From Calidithermus chliarophilus DSM 9957 (GTDB lineage: Bacteria > Deinococcota > Deinococci > Deinococcales > Thermaceae): 64,000 nt of DNA. The position numbers and the translations under genes are program-made. The notes under the pieces are model-generated. The model saw only the letters and a program-made list of their open reading frames with translations, was not told the origin of the DNA and searched no databases. How positions within the stretch are numbered: position 1 is the stretch's first letter; the number at the start of each line of letters is the position of its first letter. This document shows positions 37,912 to 49,955 of the stretch, piece by piece. The stretch spans positions 74,844-138,843 of the forward strand of contig NZ_KE387026.1 in the NCBI RefSeq assembly GCF_000430045.1, given 5' to 3'.

Positions 37912-38121
37912 TGTACCAGACCCTCGAGGGCGCCGTGCTGCAGGCCCAGGCCGTGAGCATCCACGGGGCCGTGTTCTACGACGTGGTGCTCCAGACCGGC
38001 GAGGGCGCCGTGCGCGTGCGCTTCCAGGACACCTTCCTCTCCCCCGCCCCGCAGGCCGGGGAGCGGCTGCGGCTCGAGCTCATCCTGGGCAACGTCCACC
38101 GCGTCGAACGCCTGGGCTGAA
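37912..38121 (+). CDS. Small hypothetical protein (69 aa) translationally coupled to the lipoprotein gene (TGATG)
   Basis: MYQTLEGAVLQAQAVSIHGAVFYDVVLQTGEGAVRVRFQDTF...; codon usage consistent with the genome. Confidence 0.4.
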
Positions 38122-38350
38122 GGCCGGGGCCATCCAGCGAACGGGGCGGGTGCGTATATCCTGGTAGCCCTCCCTCCCTTTTCCGGCCGGTGCGTCGTGA
38201 GGGCGTTCACCATATTTGATAAAGCAACGCTCAAGTTCCCTAAGTGTGGCCTCTGACCCTATTGACGGGGAGGGGGGTTGTAGAATCCGAATAAGTCGTT
38301 CTTTCCCGCCGTGGAGCGACGGTTTGGTAGGCGGGACATGGAGGAAGAGA

Positions 38351-40728
<2,378 letters not shown>

Positions 40729-40729
<1 letters not shown>

Positions 40730-40864
40730 TACCGGATTCAAAAAGATAATCATCCGAACCAAAGAGCCCCGGAGGCCATCTTTTTGGACCCCAGAGCGCA
40801 CCCCTCCCTGACGGTCGGCGAAGCAAGCGTCACCCTTCGGTGACGAACTAACCGAATCGGGTAT
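40729..40864 (+). mobile_element. MITE copy 4 (shorter), flanked by TAA/TAA; the left TAA is the lon stop codon
   Basis: ATACCGGATTCAAAAAGAT...GAATCGGGTAT. Confidence 0.75.
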
Positions 40865-40883
40865 AAGTCTCCCGAACAAAAAC

Positions 40884-40912
40884 AGCGGCCCCGGTATTGA
40901 ACCGGGGCTTTG
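40884..40912 (+). terminator. Intrinsic terminator for lon (GCCCCGGT-attgaa-CCGGGGC + TTTGCCTTT)
   Basis: GC stem followed by a T-rich tract. Confidence 0.55.
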
Positions 40913-40921
40913 CCTTTGCGA

Positions 40922-40985
40922 GTAGGGGCAGGCACGAGACCTGCCCCTACAGCGTCTTGCGTCTTGCGTTTTGCGTTTGGCTCGA
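40922..40985. repeat. Hairpin GGGGCAGG-cacgagac-CTGCCCC + TACA + GCGTCTT heptamer tract (composite repeat, partial copy)
   Basis: The same hairpin + heptamer module is at 44757-44795. Confidence 0.6.
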
Positions 40986-40987
40986 CG

Positions 40988-42508
40988 TCACTTCTTGATG
41001 CTCACCAGCTCGCTCAGGATGCTGTCCAGCGAGCCCACGTTGATGCGCTCGATCTTCTCCGAGATGCGCTCCAACACCTCCAGCTCCTTCAGGCGCAGGG
41101 CGATGGGGTTGTCCTCCATCACCTTGGCGGTGTTGAGCATGCTGCGGGTGGCGGCGGTCTCCTCGCGGCGGCGGATCACGTTGGCCTGCGCGGCCTTCTC
41201 GGCCTCCACCACCCGCGAGAGGATGGCCTTGATCTCGCCGGGCAGGATGATGTCCTTCACGCCCACGCTATCGACCTCGAGGCCGTAGCCCTCGGTCTTG
41301 CGGGCGATGTAGGCGGCCACCTCGCGGTCGATGAGGCCCTTGTCCTCCAGCAGCTCGTCGAGGGTGCGGGTGCCCACGGCGGCGCGCAGGCCGAACTGCA
41401 GCTCCTTGTAGAGGTAGCCCTCCACGTCGGCGAGCTTGGCCTTGGCGGCCACGGCGTCGGTGACCTTGTAGCCGGCGGTGAGGTTGAGGCGCAGGGGCAC
41501 CTTGTCCTTGGTGAGGATCTCCTGGCCCGAGACCTCGAGGGTCTGCAGGCGGGTGTCGAGCACCTCGGTCTTGAGGGCGCGGCCGAAGACCCACCAGGCG
41601 TGCAGGCCGGGGCCCAGGGTCTCGCGGAAGGCGCCATCCACGTAGAGCAGGCCCACGTGCTGCGCGGGCACCTCGCGCACGTGCAGGTGCTTGAGGGTGA
41701 GGTGGGCCACCTCGGGCAGGCCGCTCACCAGCTCGGCGGCGAGCGCGGGGCTGAGCTTGAAGTGCTCGAGGGTGTCGAGCACCTCCACCTCCACGCCCTT
41801 CCAGAACAGCTTGCGGCTAGCGGGGGGCAGCACGGCGATCACCTTGCCCTTGTGGCGCACCAGGGCCACCTGGGCGGCGCCGAGCTGCACCGACTCGCAG
41901 TACTGGGCCACGAAGCCGGGGTGGCGCTCGAGCAGCACGTCCTCGAGGGGCAGGTTGGGCACGGGCTGGGTGCGGTCGTAGGTGTGCACGGTGATCTTGC
42001 GCTCGTAGACCCAGAAGCCGTAGGTGCCGGGCTCGAGGGGGCGCACGAAGTTGCCGCGGTCGTAGAGCAGGCCGATCTGCGACTCGGCGACCTGCACCAT
42101 CTGCAGGCCCGCCAGGCTCTTGTCCTTGAGCAGCTTGGCGTGCTCGGCGGGGAGCTCGAAGCCGGCCTCGAGGTCGAACACCTGCGCCTCGACCTCCACG
42201 AAGCCCTTCCAGAAGGCGCGGAGCTGGTTGGGGCCGACGGTGATCCAGCCCTGGCCCAGCCGCACCAGCGCCGCCTGGGCGGGGCCGGTCTTGACCACGG
42301 TGAAGTGCTCGGCCAGCACGTCGGGGCGGGCCTTGAGGAGGAACTCGAGGTTGGGAATAGTGGCCTCGGGCTCGCTCAGGTCGTACTTCTGCACGCTCCA
42401 GCCCTGGCCCAGCAGGCGGTGCAGGCCGGGCATGAGCACCGCGCGGAAGTCGCCCCAGCGGGAGAGCAGGCCGCGCTCGTGCTGCTTGATACGTAGGCTC
42501 TTGAACAT
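40988..42508 (-). CDS. SPFH/band-7 (stomatin/flotillin-like) domain protein with ~280-aa N-terminal region containing two extra SPFH-N-like repeats; no TM segment
   Basis: C-terminal VKDIILPGEIKAILSRVVEAEKAAQANVIRRREETAATRS is a typical SPFH tail; GLLYVDGAFRETLGPGLHAWWVF plus two similar N-terminal segments (IGLLYDRGNFVRPLEPGTYGFWVY; RGLLSRWGDFRAVLMPGLHRLL). Confidence 0.65.
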   Translation of the reverse strand: MFKSLRIKQHERGLLSRWGDFRAVLMPGLHRLLGQGWSVQKYDLSEPEATIPNLEFLLKARPDVLAEHFTVVKTGPAQAALVRLGQGWITVGPNQLRAFWKGFVEVEAQVFDLEAGFELPAEHAKLLKDKSLAGLQMVQVAESQIGLLYDRGNFVRPLEPGTYGFWVYERKITVHTYDRTQPVPNLPLEDVLLERHPGFVAQYCESVQLGAAQVALVRHKGKVIAVLPPASRKLFWKGVEVEVLDTLEHFKLSPALAAELVSGLPEVAHLTLKHLHVREVPAQHVGLLYVDGAFRETLGPGLHAWWVFGRALKTEVLDTRLQTLEVSGQEILTKDKVPLRLNLTAGYKVTDAVAAKAKLADVEGYLYKELQFGLRAAVGTRTLDELLEDKGLIDREVAAYIARKTEGYGLEVDSVGVKDIILPGEIKAILSRVVEAEKAAQANVIRRREETAATRSMLNTAKVMEDNPIALRLKELEVLERISEKIERINVGSLDSILSELVSIKK

Positions 42509-42509
42509 C

Positions 42510-43017
42510 GGAGTTCACCTCCTCCTTCGGGCGCGTGCCTCCCCAAGGTCGCAGGCACGCAGGATATTCGCACGGGATTGCTCCCGGTTGGGGCAGAAAA
42601 GGCCCTGCCTGGGACTCCCACAGCTACGGAGCGGGCGAAAGGACGAGCGCTCGTCCTTGGCAGCGTTTGCAGCAGGCCGGATTAAGGGCTCGGGGCGGCC
42701 TCGAGCTTCGCCCGAAGGCTCGGCCCGGAGGCTCTCCTCCGCCCAGATGCGGTGTTCCCGCAGGCCGCACCGCGCGTGGCGAACCAGGCGCGGATCTGGC
42801 CGGGGGAAGACGCGCACTCGGGCGCTGCTGTCCCACGCTCGCCGGGTCGTTCGCTGCTGCCCCCTAGGGGCGAGCCCTTCGGGAGCCGGGAGCGACCCAT
42901 GCAGGGTTTGTGCTGCGCCTCGCGGCGCGGTGAAGGATTTGAACCTTCTCGGCTTTCGCCTTTACCCAAAAGACACCTTTTCAGGGTGTTTGACCCACTC
43001 CGATTACGAGTCGGAAG
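42510..43017 (-). other. ~500-nt GC-rich non-coding region between the tRNA-like genes and the SPFH gene; contains a tRNA 3-prime-half-like fragment (GAAGGTTCAAATCCTTC-ACCGCGC) at 42915-42945; candidate structured RNA or element scar
   Basis: No credible ORF on either strand; several GC hairpins; no RNase P P4 motif (GGAAAGUCCGG) and no tmRNA tag frame seen. Confidence 0.3.
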
Positions 43018-43088
43018 GTCAGGATGCGGGATTCGAACCCGCGACTGCCGGAGTGAGCTCCGGTGCTCTGCCACTGAGCTAATCCTGT
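43018..43088 (-). tRNA. tRNA-like gene #1 (degenerate: 1-72 mismatch, 6-nt anticodon loop GCTCAC, no CCA)
   Basis: ACAGGAT-TA-GCTCAGTGGCAGAGC-A-CCGGA/GCTCAC/TCCGG-CAGTC-GCGGGTTCGAATCCCGC-ATCCTGA; D- and T-arms are canonical, the anticodon arm is not. Confidence 0.4.
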
Positions 43089-43160
43089 GGTGCACGATGT
43101 GGGATTCGAACCCACGCCCTCGCCCTGCACGGGCGCGCTCTGCCGCTGAGCTAATCGCGC
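43088..43160 (-). tRNA. tRNA-like gene #2 with encoded CCA; anticodon arm folds as 5-bp stem + 5-nt loop GUGCA (possible Cys-GCA-like) rather than a canonical 7-nt loop
   Basis: GCGCGAT-TA-GCTCAGCGGCAGAGC-G-CGCCC/GTGCA/GGGCG-AGGGC-GTGGGTTCGAATCCCAC-ATCGTGC-A-CCA; acceptor pairs 7/7. Confidence 0.5.
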
Positions 43161-43290
43161 GGCGGTACGTCCGGCTGCTTTCGGCGGTACACCCTCCGCG
43201 AAGCGCGGGGGCGCCAGCCAGGCCTGCAGAGCCTGGGCCTTTGCCTCCAGGAACCCGACTTTCCCGGCGTCTTAGCAGACGCAAGAACAG

Positions 43291-43319
43291 ATGGTAGCAT
43301 TCGAATGCTACTTTAGCAA
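43291..43319 (-). promoter_or_regulatory. Putative promoter for the tRNA-like genes (TTGCTA -17- TACCAT) whose spacer is a perfect 18-bp palindrome GTAGCATTCGAATGCTAC (43294-43311)
   Basis: Read on the minus strand; the palindrome exactly fills the -35/-10 spacer. Confidence 0.45.
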
Positions 43320-43427
43320 GCCCCCCAGAACTGGGATAATCAGGGCCATGGGTCGCGTCATCGCTTTCGTGGTTATTACGGCACTGGTCCTGATCGCCTG
43401 GTTCGCGCTGCTGCACCGCTACGGGGG

Positions 43428-44309
43428 CTAAAACTTCGCCAACAGCCGCCGCGCGTACAGCGGCGCGTAAAAATAGGCGGCCGAGCCGAACCCGGTGAGC
43501 GCGTAGCCGCCGGGGATTTCCTTGAGGTAGTCCCGGTCGAGGCGGTAGCGAACGCTGCTCCAGCTCGAGCGCCACTCCGGCCGGTACCCCAGCAGTTGCT
43601 CGGCGCCCGAGAGCAGCCACTCGACCTCCTGCGGCCGGATCTGGTGGGGCGAATAGCGGTCCTGGTGCGGCAGGTAGCTCCCGCCCAGGCTGTGCCCGGC
43701 CACGTAGACGCCGTAGGAGCGGGCCTGCTTGAAGTGCTCGTGGGTGATGAGCACCGAGCCCGGCGTGAAGCGCCCCCCGAGCCCGGCCAGGTGGGCCCCG
43801 CTGGCCCCGCCGGCATAGACCAGCACCTCGCCCGTGAGGTTCCGCCCGTCCTCGAGCCACAGCGTGCTCCCCTCGAGGCGCTCCACGCTGGCCCACACGA
43901 TGTCCAGGCCCTCGGCCAGGCGGTGCAGGAGCGGGGTGGACTCGAGCCAGCCCGCGCTCTGCAGGTACAGGCCCTCCTCGAGCCACTTGTGGGGGATGCC
44001 GCGCCCCTCGAGCCGCGCCTGCCACGCCTCGCGGTCGGGCCTAGGCACCGGGCGCAGGATGCCCCGGCGCACGGGAGTGAAGCGGGGGTAGAAGCCCCAG
44101 AGGGCCTCGAGGGCCTCCTCGGCCTCGGGGGCGACCGCTCCGCGCTTGCCCCGCACCGGGTTGAGCAGGGGATCGGGCACCCGGCTCGCGTCGCCCAGCT
44201 CCCGGCTGACCACCCGCACCCGGTGCCCCGCCTCGTGCAGGAGCCGGGCCGCGGTCAGGCCCGCGATGCCCGCGCCCAACACCACGATCCCGGCGTCCGG
44301 CTGGCTCAC
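43428..44309 (-). CDS. FAD-dependent oxidoreductase (short, amine-oxidase/ThiO-like fold)
   Basis: GIVVLGAGIAGLTAARLL dinucleotide-binding motif; 293 aa. Confidence 0.6.
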   Translation of the reverse strand: MSQPDAGIVVLGAGIAGLTAARLLHEAGHRVRVVSRELGDASRVPDPLLNPVRGKRGAVAPEAEEALEALWGFYPRFTPVRRGILRPVPRPDREAWQARLEGRGIPHKWLEEGLYLQSAGWLESTPLLHRLAEGLDIVWASVERLEGSTLWLEDGRNLTGEVLVYAGGASGAHLAGLGGRFTPGSVLITHEHFKQARSYGVYVAGHSLGGSYLPHQDRYSPHQIRPQEVEWLLSGAEQLLGYRPEWRSSWSSVRYRLDRDYLKEIPGGYALTGFGSAAYFYAPLYARRLLAKF

Positions 44310-44321
44310 GGCTGCGACGGC

Positions 44322-44681
44322 TCAGGCCTGTTTAGGGTAGAAGACGTAAACGGCGTCTTCCTTGCGGCAAAGGTCGCGGCTGGCGAGGAGCTCGAGCGTC
44401 TGCCGGGCTTGCTCCAGCGGCATCCCCACCGTCTGGGCAAGCTGCTCGGCGGTGATCTTCCCCCCCTTGCGCCAGGCGACCTGCATCGCCACGCGCTCGC
44501 GCGCGGCGGGACCCATGCCCCCGAGGTCGAGCCGGAAGTTCCACCTCAGGGTCAGCCAGCCCGCCAGGAGGGCGAGGAGGCTCGAGACGGTAAAACTCGG
44601 GAGGTTCCAGCGAAAGGTGGCCAGGCTCATGGCGAAAATCGCCGCCCCAACAAGCCCGGCGATGAGGAAACGCGGTTGCAT
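44322..44681 (-). CDS. Small membrane protein (2 TM + soluble tail), hypothetical
   Basis: MQPRFLIAGLVGAAIFAMSLATFRWNLPSFTVSSLLALLAGWLTL; start ATG 44681 chosen. Confidence 0.45.
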   Translation of the reverse strand: MQPRFLIAGLVGAAIFAMSLATFRWNLPSFTVSSLLALLAGWLTLRWNFRLDLGGMGPAARERVAMQVAWRKGGKITAEQLAQTVGMPLEQARQTLELLASRDLCRKEDAVYVFYPKQA

Positions 44682-44756
44682 GGGTTCAACATACCGCCAG
44701 GAGGCCCCTAAGGCTAGGGGAAAAAGGGCAGGCGCTAGGGGGAAAAGGGCAGGCAC

Positions 44757-44795
44757 GGGGGCCTGCCCCTACAAGGTTTTGCGTCTGGTGTTCGA
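44757..44795. repeat. Hairpin GGGCAGGCAC-ggggg-CCTGCCCC + TACA + heptamer stub (composite repeat, partial copy)
   Basis: Matches the 40922-40985 module. Confidence 0.6.
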
Positions 44796-44796
44796 C

Positions 44797-46137
<1,341 letters not shown>

Positions 46138-46224
46138 GTAAACCTCAGGGGCTTGCCGGAGGGATTCCGGGGCCGCGAAAAAGGAGCGGCAGGGCCGCCA
46201 ACGTTCTCAAGTGTAGCAAAGCGA

Positions 46225-46420
46225 TGAGCTTTAAGCTGTCAGCCCTCAGCCGTCACCTATCAGCTCGTGGCCCGTGGTGAAACCCCTCCCGTGGGGAGGG
46301 TTTATCCCCCCTAACCCCCCTTGCTAAGGAGGGGAACATGGCGTTTGGCGTTTGGCGTTTGGCGTTTGGCGTCTTGCGTCTTGCGTCTTGCGTTTGGCTA
46401 TCAGCTATCGACCATCGACA
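46225..46420. repeat. Composite intergenic repeat, copy B (inverted relative to copy A): GTCAGC tract, GGGAGGG hairpin, CCCCTTGCTAAGG, GGCGTTT x4 + GCGTCTT x3 heptamers, CTATCAGC tract
   Basis: Direct sequence comparison with 8470-8672 and 55775-55985. Confidence 0.75.
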
Positions 46421-46554
46421 CCCCAAATGTGCTCGCTCGGGCATTCACCCGGAGACAAATCCGGTATGAAAAACGAATGCGAGCCAATTCATGCCTAGTG
46501 CCCTGCCGTCTTCCCGGCGTTGCCCTCGGCTTCTGCAGGGGTGCTGAGTAGGGT

Positions 46555-47499
46555 ATGGAGCGCGAACCTCCGGCCCGCTCGAGCCTCCCCCACCCCAGGC
46601 GGGGCGCCGCTTGGCTGGCGCGGCAGGGGGCCAAAGACCGCGCCGCGCTGCTGGTGATGCTCGCACCCTACCTGATCGGGACCGCCGTGCTCGTGGTGGT
46701 GCCTGCGCTGCTGTCGCTGGTCATCGCCTTCACCCGCTACGACGCGCTGGGGGCTCCGGTGTGGGTGGGGCTGGACAACTTCCGGGCCCTGGGGGAGGAC
46801 TCGCTGTTCTGGACGGCGGTGCGGAACTCGCTGGTGTTCGTGCTGCTGGCGGTGCCCCTGCGCGTCCTGGGGGCGCTCGCGCTGGCGCTGCTGCTGCAGA
46901 GGCCGGGGCGCGGGGTCGGGCTCTTCCGCATGGCGGTGTTCTTTCCCACCGTCGTCCCCGACGTAGCCTACGCCCTGATCTGGCTGTGGATCTTCAACCC
47001 CGTCTACGGGCCGCTCAACCTGGCGCTCGAGGCTTTGGGCCTGCCCGTCTCGCCGTGGCTGGCCGAGGGCAGCACGGCGCTGCTCGCCATCGTGATCATG
47101 GCGGCTTTCCAGATCGGCGAGGGCTTCGTGGTGCTGCTGGCCGGGCTGCAGAACGTGCCCGAGGAGTACTACCAGTCGGCGGCGCTGGACGGCGCCCGGC
47201 GCTGGCAGCAGTTCCGCTTCATCACCCTCCCGCTGCTGGCCCCCTGGCTGCTGCTGCTGACGCTGCGCGACGTCATCCTGAGCGCGCAGAACACCTTCAC
47301 GCCCGCGTTCTTGATGACGGGGGGCGGGCCCTACTACGCCACGCTCTTTCTTCCCCTCCGCATGTACCAGGAAGCTTTCGACTCCTTCCGCTTCGGCACG
47401 GCCGCCGCGATGATGCTGCTTTTGCTGCTGGGCGTGGGGCTGTTGCTGCTGCTGGTCTACCGCGTGGTGCGGGGCTGGGGGTACAGCGATGAGCAGTGA
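46555..47499 (+). CDS. Sugar ABC transporter permease (MalF/UgpA-like)
   Basis: LLVMLAPYLIGTAVLVVVPALLSLVIAFTRYD and EAA-loop region; 314 aa. Confidence 0.8.
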   Translation: MEREPPARSSLPHPRRGAAWLARQGAKDRAALLVMLAPYLIGTAVLVVVPALLSLVIAFTRYDALGAPVWVGLDNFRALGEDSLFWTAVRNSLVFVLLAVPLRVLGALALALLLQRPGRGVGLFRMAVFFPTVVPDVAYALIWLWIFNPVYGPLNLALEALGLPVSPWLAEGSTALLAIVIMAAFQIGEGFVVLLAGLQNVPEEYYQSAALDGARRWQQFRFITLPLLAPWLLLLTLRDVILSAQNTFTPAFLMTGGGPYYATLFLPLRMYQEAFDSFRFGTAAAMMLLLLLGVGLLLLLVYRVVRGWGYSDEQ

Positions 47500-48370
47500 G
47501 CAGCACCGGGCTTTGCGCGGGCTGGCTCGAGCGCTGCGCTTCCTGCTGCGGCTGGCGGTGGCCGGGCTGTTCCTGCTGCCGTTGTGGTGGGTGCTGGTGG
47601 CCTCCCTGCGGCCCCTGGGGCTGCCGCCCTCCCCCACCCTCGAGTGGCTCCCCGACCTCGAGGGCTGGCGCAACTACGCGCGGCTGTTCGAGACAGTCCC
47701 CCTCGCCAACCAGCTCCGCAACTCGCTGTTCGTGGAGCTGTTCGCGGTGCCCCTGACCGTGCTCACCGCCTCCTGGGCGGGCTTCGCCATGGCCCTCTCG
47801 AGGCCCCCCCTGCAGCGGCGGCTGGTGATCCTGGCGGTGCTGCTGATGATGGTGCCCACCACCGCACTGTGGCTCACGCGCTTCCTGCTGTTCAAGAACC
47901 TCGGCCTCATCGACACCCCCTGGGCCCTGATCCTGCCCGCCGTGGCCGGGACCAGTTCCTTCTACGTGCTGCTGTACTTCTGGACCTTCCGCCGCCTGCC
48001 GCGGGAGATGCTCGAGGCCGCCCGCCTCGACGGGGCCGGGGCGTTCACCCTCTGGGCCCGCGTGGCCATGCCGCTGGCGCGGCCCACGAGCCTCACCGTG
48101 GCCGTCCTGGCCTTCGGCTACTACTGGAGCGACCTCACCTCTCCCCTGCTCTACCTGCGCTCGGAGGCCAACTACACCCTCCCGGTGGGCCTGCAGGTGC
48201 TCCAGCAGATGGACTCCACCAACTGGTCGCTGCTGATGGCGGCGGCAGTGGTTATGCTGTTGCCTGTCCTGTTGCTGTTTTTGATCCTTCAGCGCTTTTT
48301 GGGCTTCGACGGGCAGCTCTTCCGTGACTGGACGGCACGGCTGGGCGGGAGCAGCAAGGGCCCATACTGA
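47489..48370 (+). CDS. Sugar ABC transporter permease (MalG/UgpE-like)
   Basis: EAARLDGAGAFTLWARVAMPLARP EAA motif. Confidence 0.8.
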   Translation: MSSEQHRALRGLARALRFLLRLAVAGLFLLPLWWVLVASLRPLGLPPSPTLEWLPDLEGWRNYARLFETVPLANQLRNSLFVELFAVPLTVLTASWAGFAMALSRPPLQRRLVILAVLLMMVPTTALWLTRFLLFKNLGLIDTPWALILPAVAGTSSFYVLLYFWTFRRLPREMLEAARLDGAGAFTLWARVAMPLARPTSLTVAVLAFGYYWSDLTSPLLYLRSEANYTLPVGLQVLQQMDSTNWSLLMAAAVVMLLPVLLLFLILQRFLGFDGQLFRDWTARLGGSSKGPY

Positions 48371-48384
48371 TCAGGAGGAAAGCG

Positions 48385-49677
48385 ATGCTGCGGAAACTGC
48401 TCTACATCGGCCTGGTGTTGGTCGCGGGGGGGTTGCTGGTACGGGGGGTGGGGGGGCAGGCCACCGCCCAGCAGGCCGCGCCCAGCGGGAGCTTCACTTT
48501 CATGATCTTCGGCGAGCCCGCCGAGAAGGAAGCCTACGACAAGCTGATAGCCGCATTCTCCCAGCGCTACCCCCAGGTCAAGGTCGAGGTCCTCTACATC
48601 CCCAGCCAGACCTCCTACCGCACCCGCCTTGCCGCCGACCTCGCCGCCGGCACCCCCGCCGACGTGTTCTTGCTCAACTACCGCCGCTACGCCCAGTTCG
48701 CCGCGCGGGGCGTCCTCGAGCCCCTCGACGCCTACGTGGCCCAGAGCAAGGTGATCAAGCTCGCCGACTTCTACCCCGAGGCGGTGCAGCCGTTCTACTA
48801 CAACAAGCGGTTGATGGGCATCCCGCAGAACCTCTCGAGCCTGGTGGTCTACTACAACAAGAACCTCTTCGACAAGGCCAAAGTGCCCTACCCCAAGCCG
48901 GGCTGGACCTGGAACGACTTCCTCCAGACCGCCAAGGCCCTCACCAAGGACACCGACGGCGACGGCACCCCCGACCAGTTCGGCCTGGGCACCGAGGCCA
49001 GCATCTTCCGCGTGGCCCCTTTCATCTGGCAGAACCGGGGCGACTTGGTGGACGACCCCGAGAACCCCAAGCGGCTCACCCTCGACGCCCCCGCCACCAA
49101 GGAGGCCCTGCAGTGGTTCATGGACCTGCAGGTGAAGCACAAGGTGGTGCCCAACAAGCTGCTGGAAAAGGCCCGCCCCAGCGAGGACCGCTTCCTCGAC
49201 GGCACGCTGGCGATGTTCCTCAACAGCCGCCGCGGCGTGCCCACCTACCGCGACATCAAGGACTTCGACTGGGATGTGGCCCCGCTGCCCCGGGGCAAGG
49301 AGCAGGCCGGCATCCTCCACGCCGACGCCTTCTTCATGGCCGCCGCCAGCCGCAACAAGCCCGCGGCCTGGGCCTTCATCGAGTTCGCCAACTCGAGGGA
49401 GGGCCAGACCATCCTGGCCCAGTCCGGTCGCACCGTCCCCTCGCTCAAGAGCGTGGCCCAGTCGCCCGCCTTCCTCGACCCCAACAACAAGCCCCGCAAC
49501 AGCCGGGTCTTCCTCGACACCATCCCCTACATCCGGGCGGTCCCCCTGATGGAGACCTGGGCCGACATCGAGACGTTGGTCTCGGAGGACCTCGAGCGCG
49601 CCTTCCACGGGGACGTGTCGCTGGAGGAGGCCATCCGGACCGCGACCAACCGCACCCAGCGGTTCTTTCCCAAGTAG
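48385..49677 (+). CDS. Sugar ABC transporter substrate-binding protein (family 1 extracellular solute-binding protein)
   Basis: Signal peptide; SBP_bac_1-like; 430 aa. Confidence 0.8.
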   Translation: MLRKLLYIGLVLVAGGLLVRGVGGQATAQQAAPSGSFTFMIFGEPAEKEAYDKLIAAFSQRYPQVKVEVLYIPSQTSYRTRLAADLAAGTPADVFLLNYRRYAQFAARGVLEPLDAYVAQSKVIKLADFYPEAVQPFYYNKRLMGIPQNLSSLVVYYNKNLFDKAKVPYPKPGWTWNDFLQTAKALTKDTDGDGTPDQFGLGTEASIFRVAPFIWQNRGDLVDDPENPKRLTLDAPATKEALQWFMDLQVKHKVVPNKLLEKARPSEDRFLDGTLAMFLNSRRGVPTYRDIKDFDWDVAPLPRGKEQAGILHADAFFMAAASRNKPAAWAFIEFANSREGQTILAQSGRTVPSLKSVAQSPAFLDPNNKPRNSRVFLDTIPYIRAVPLMETWADIETLVSEDLERAFHGDVSLEEAIRTATNRTQRFFPK

Positions 49678-49693
49678 TCCCCCAAAAGCAACC

Positions 49694-49915
49694 GCCCTGG
49701 TTATACCGGATTCAAAAAGATAGTCATCCGATCCGAAGAGCCCCGGAGGCTATCTTTTTGAACCCCAGAGCACACCCCTCCCTGACGGTCGGCGAAGAAA
49801 GCGTCTCCCTTCCAAGGGGCGCTACCGCCCTCCGCCACGCGGATAACTTCGGTCGGCCGCCCCGCCAAGGCGGGGCGGCGTCACCCTTCGGTGACGAACT
49901 AACCGAATCGGGTAT
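49694..49915 (+). mobile_element. MITE copy 5 (longest, ~70-bp internal insertion), flanked by TTA/TTA
   Basis: ATACCGGATTCAAAAAGATAGTCATCCGATCCGAAGAGCC...GACGAACTAACCGAATCGGGTAT. Confidence 0.75.
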
Positions 49916-49955
49916 TACCCGGGGCGGCCGTGCGGGGCGCTTGTAGGAACTGCCC

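Noticed and set aside
42510-43017. RNase P RNA or tmRNA in the GC-rich non-coding tract
   Set aside because: No GGAAAGUCCGG/CAGAAACCCGGCUUA P4 strands on either strand, and no tag-peptide frame ending in ALAA-stop with a terminal tRNA-like acceptor/CCA; left as an unassigned structured region.
43348-43431. 27-aa hydrophobic peptide ORF (MGRVIAFVVITALVLIAWFALLHRYGG) on the plus strand
   Set aside because: Overlaps the 3-prime end of the FAD-oxidoreductase gene on the opposite strand and lacks a convincing RBS; kept only as a note.
42682-44025. 447-aa minus-strand ORF spanning the tRNA-like genes and the non-coding tract
   Set aside because: Runs through the tRNA-like genes and the promoter; low-complexity Arg/Pro-rich; overlaps the FAD-oxidoreductase gene in another frame.
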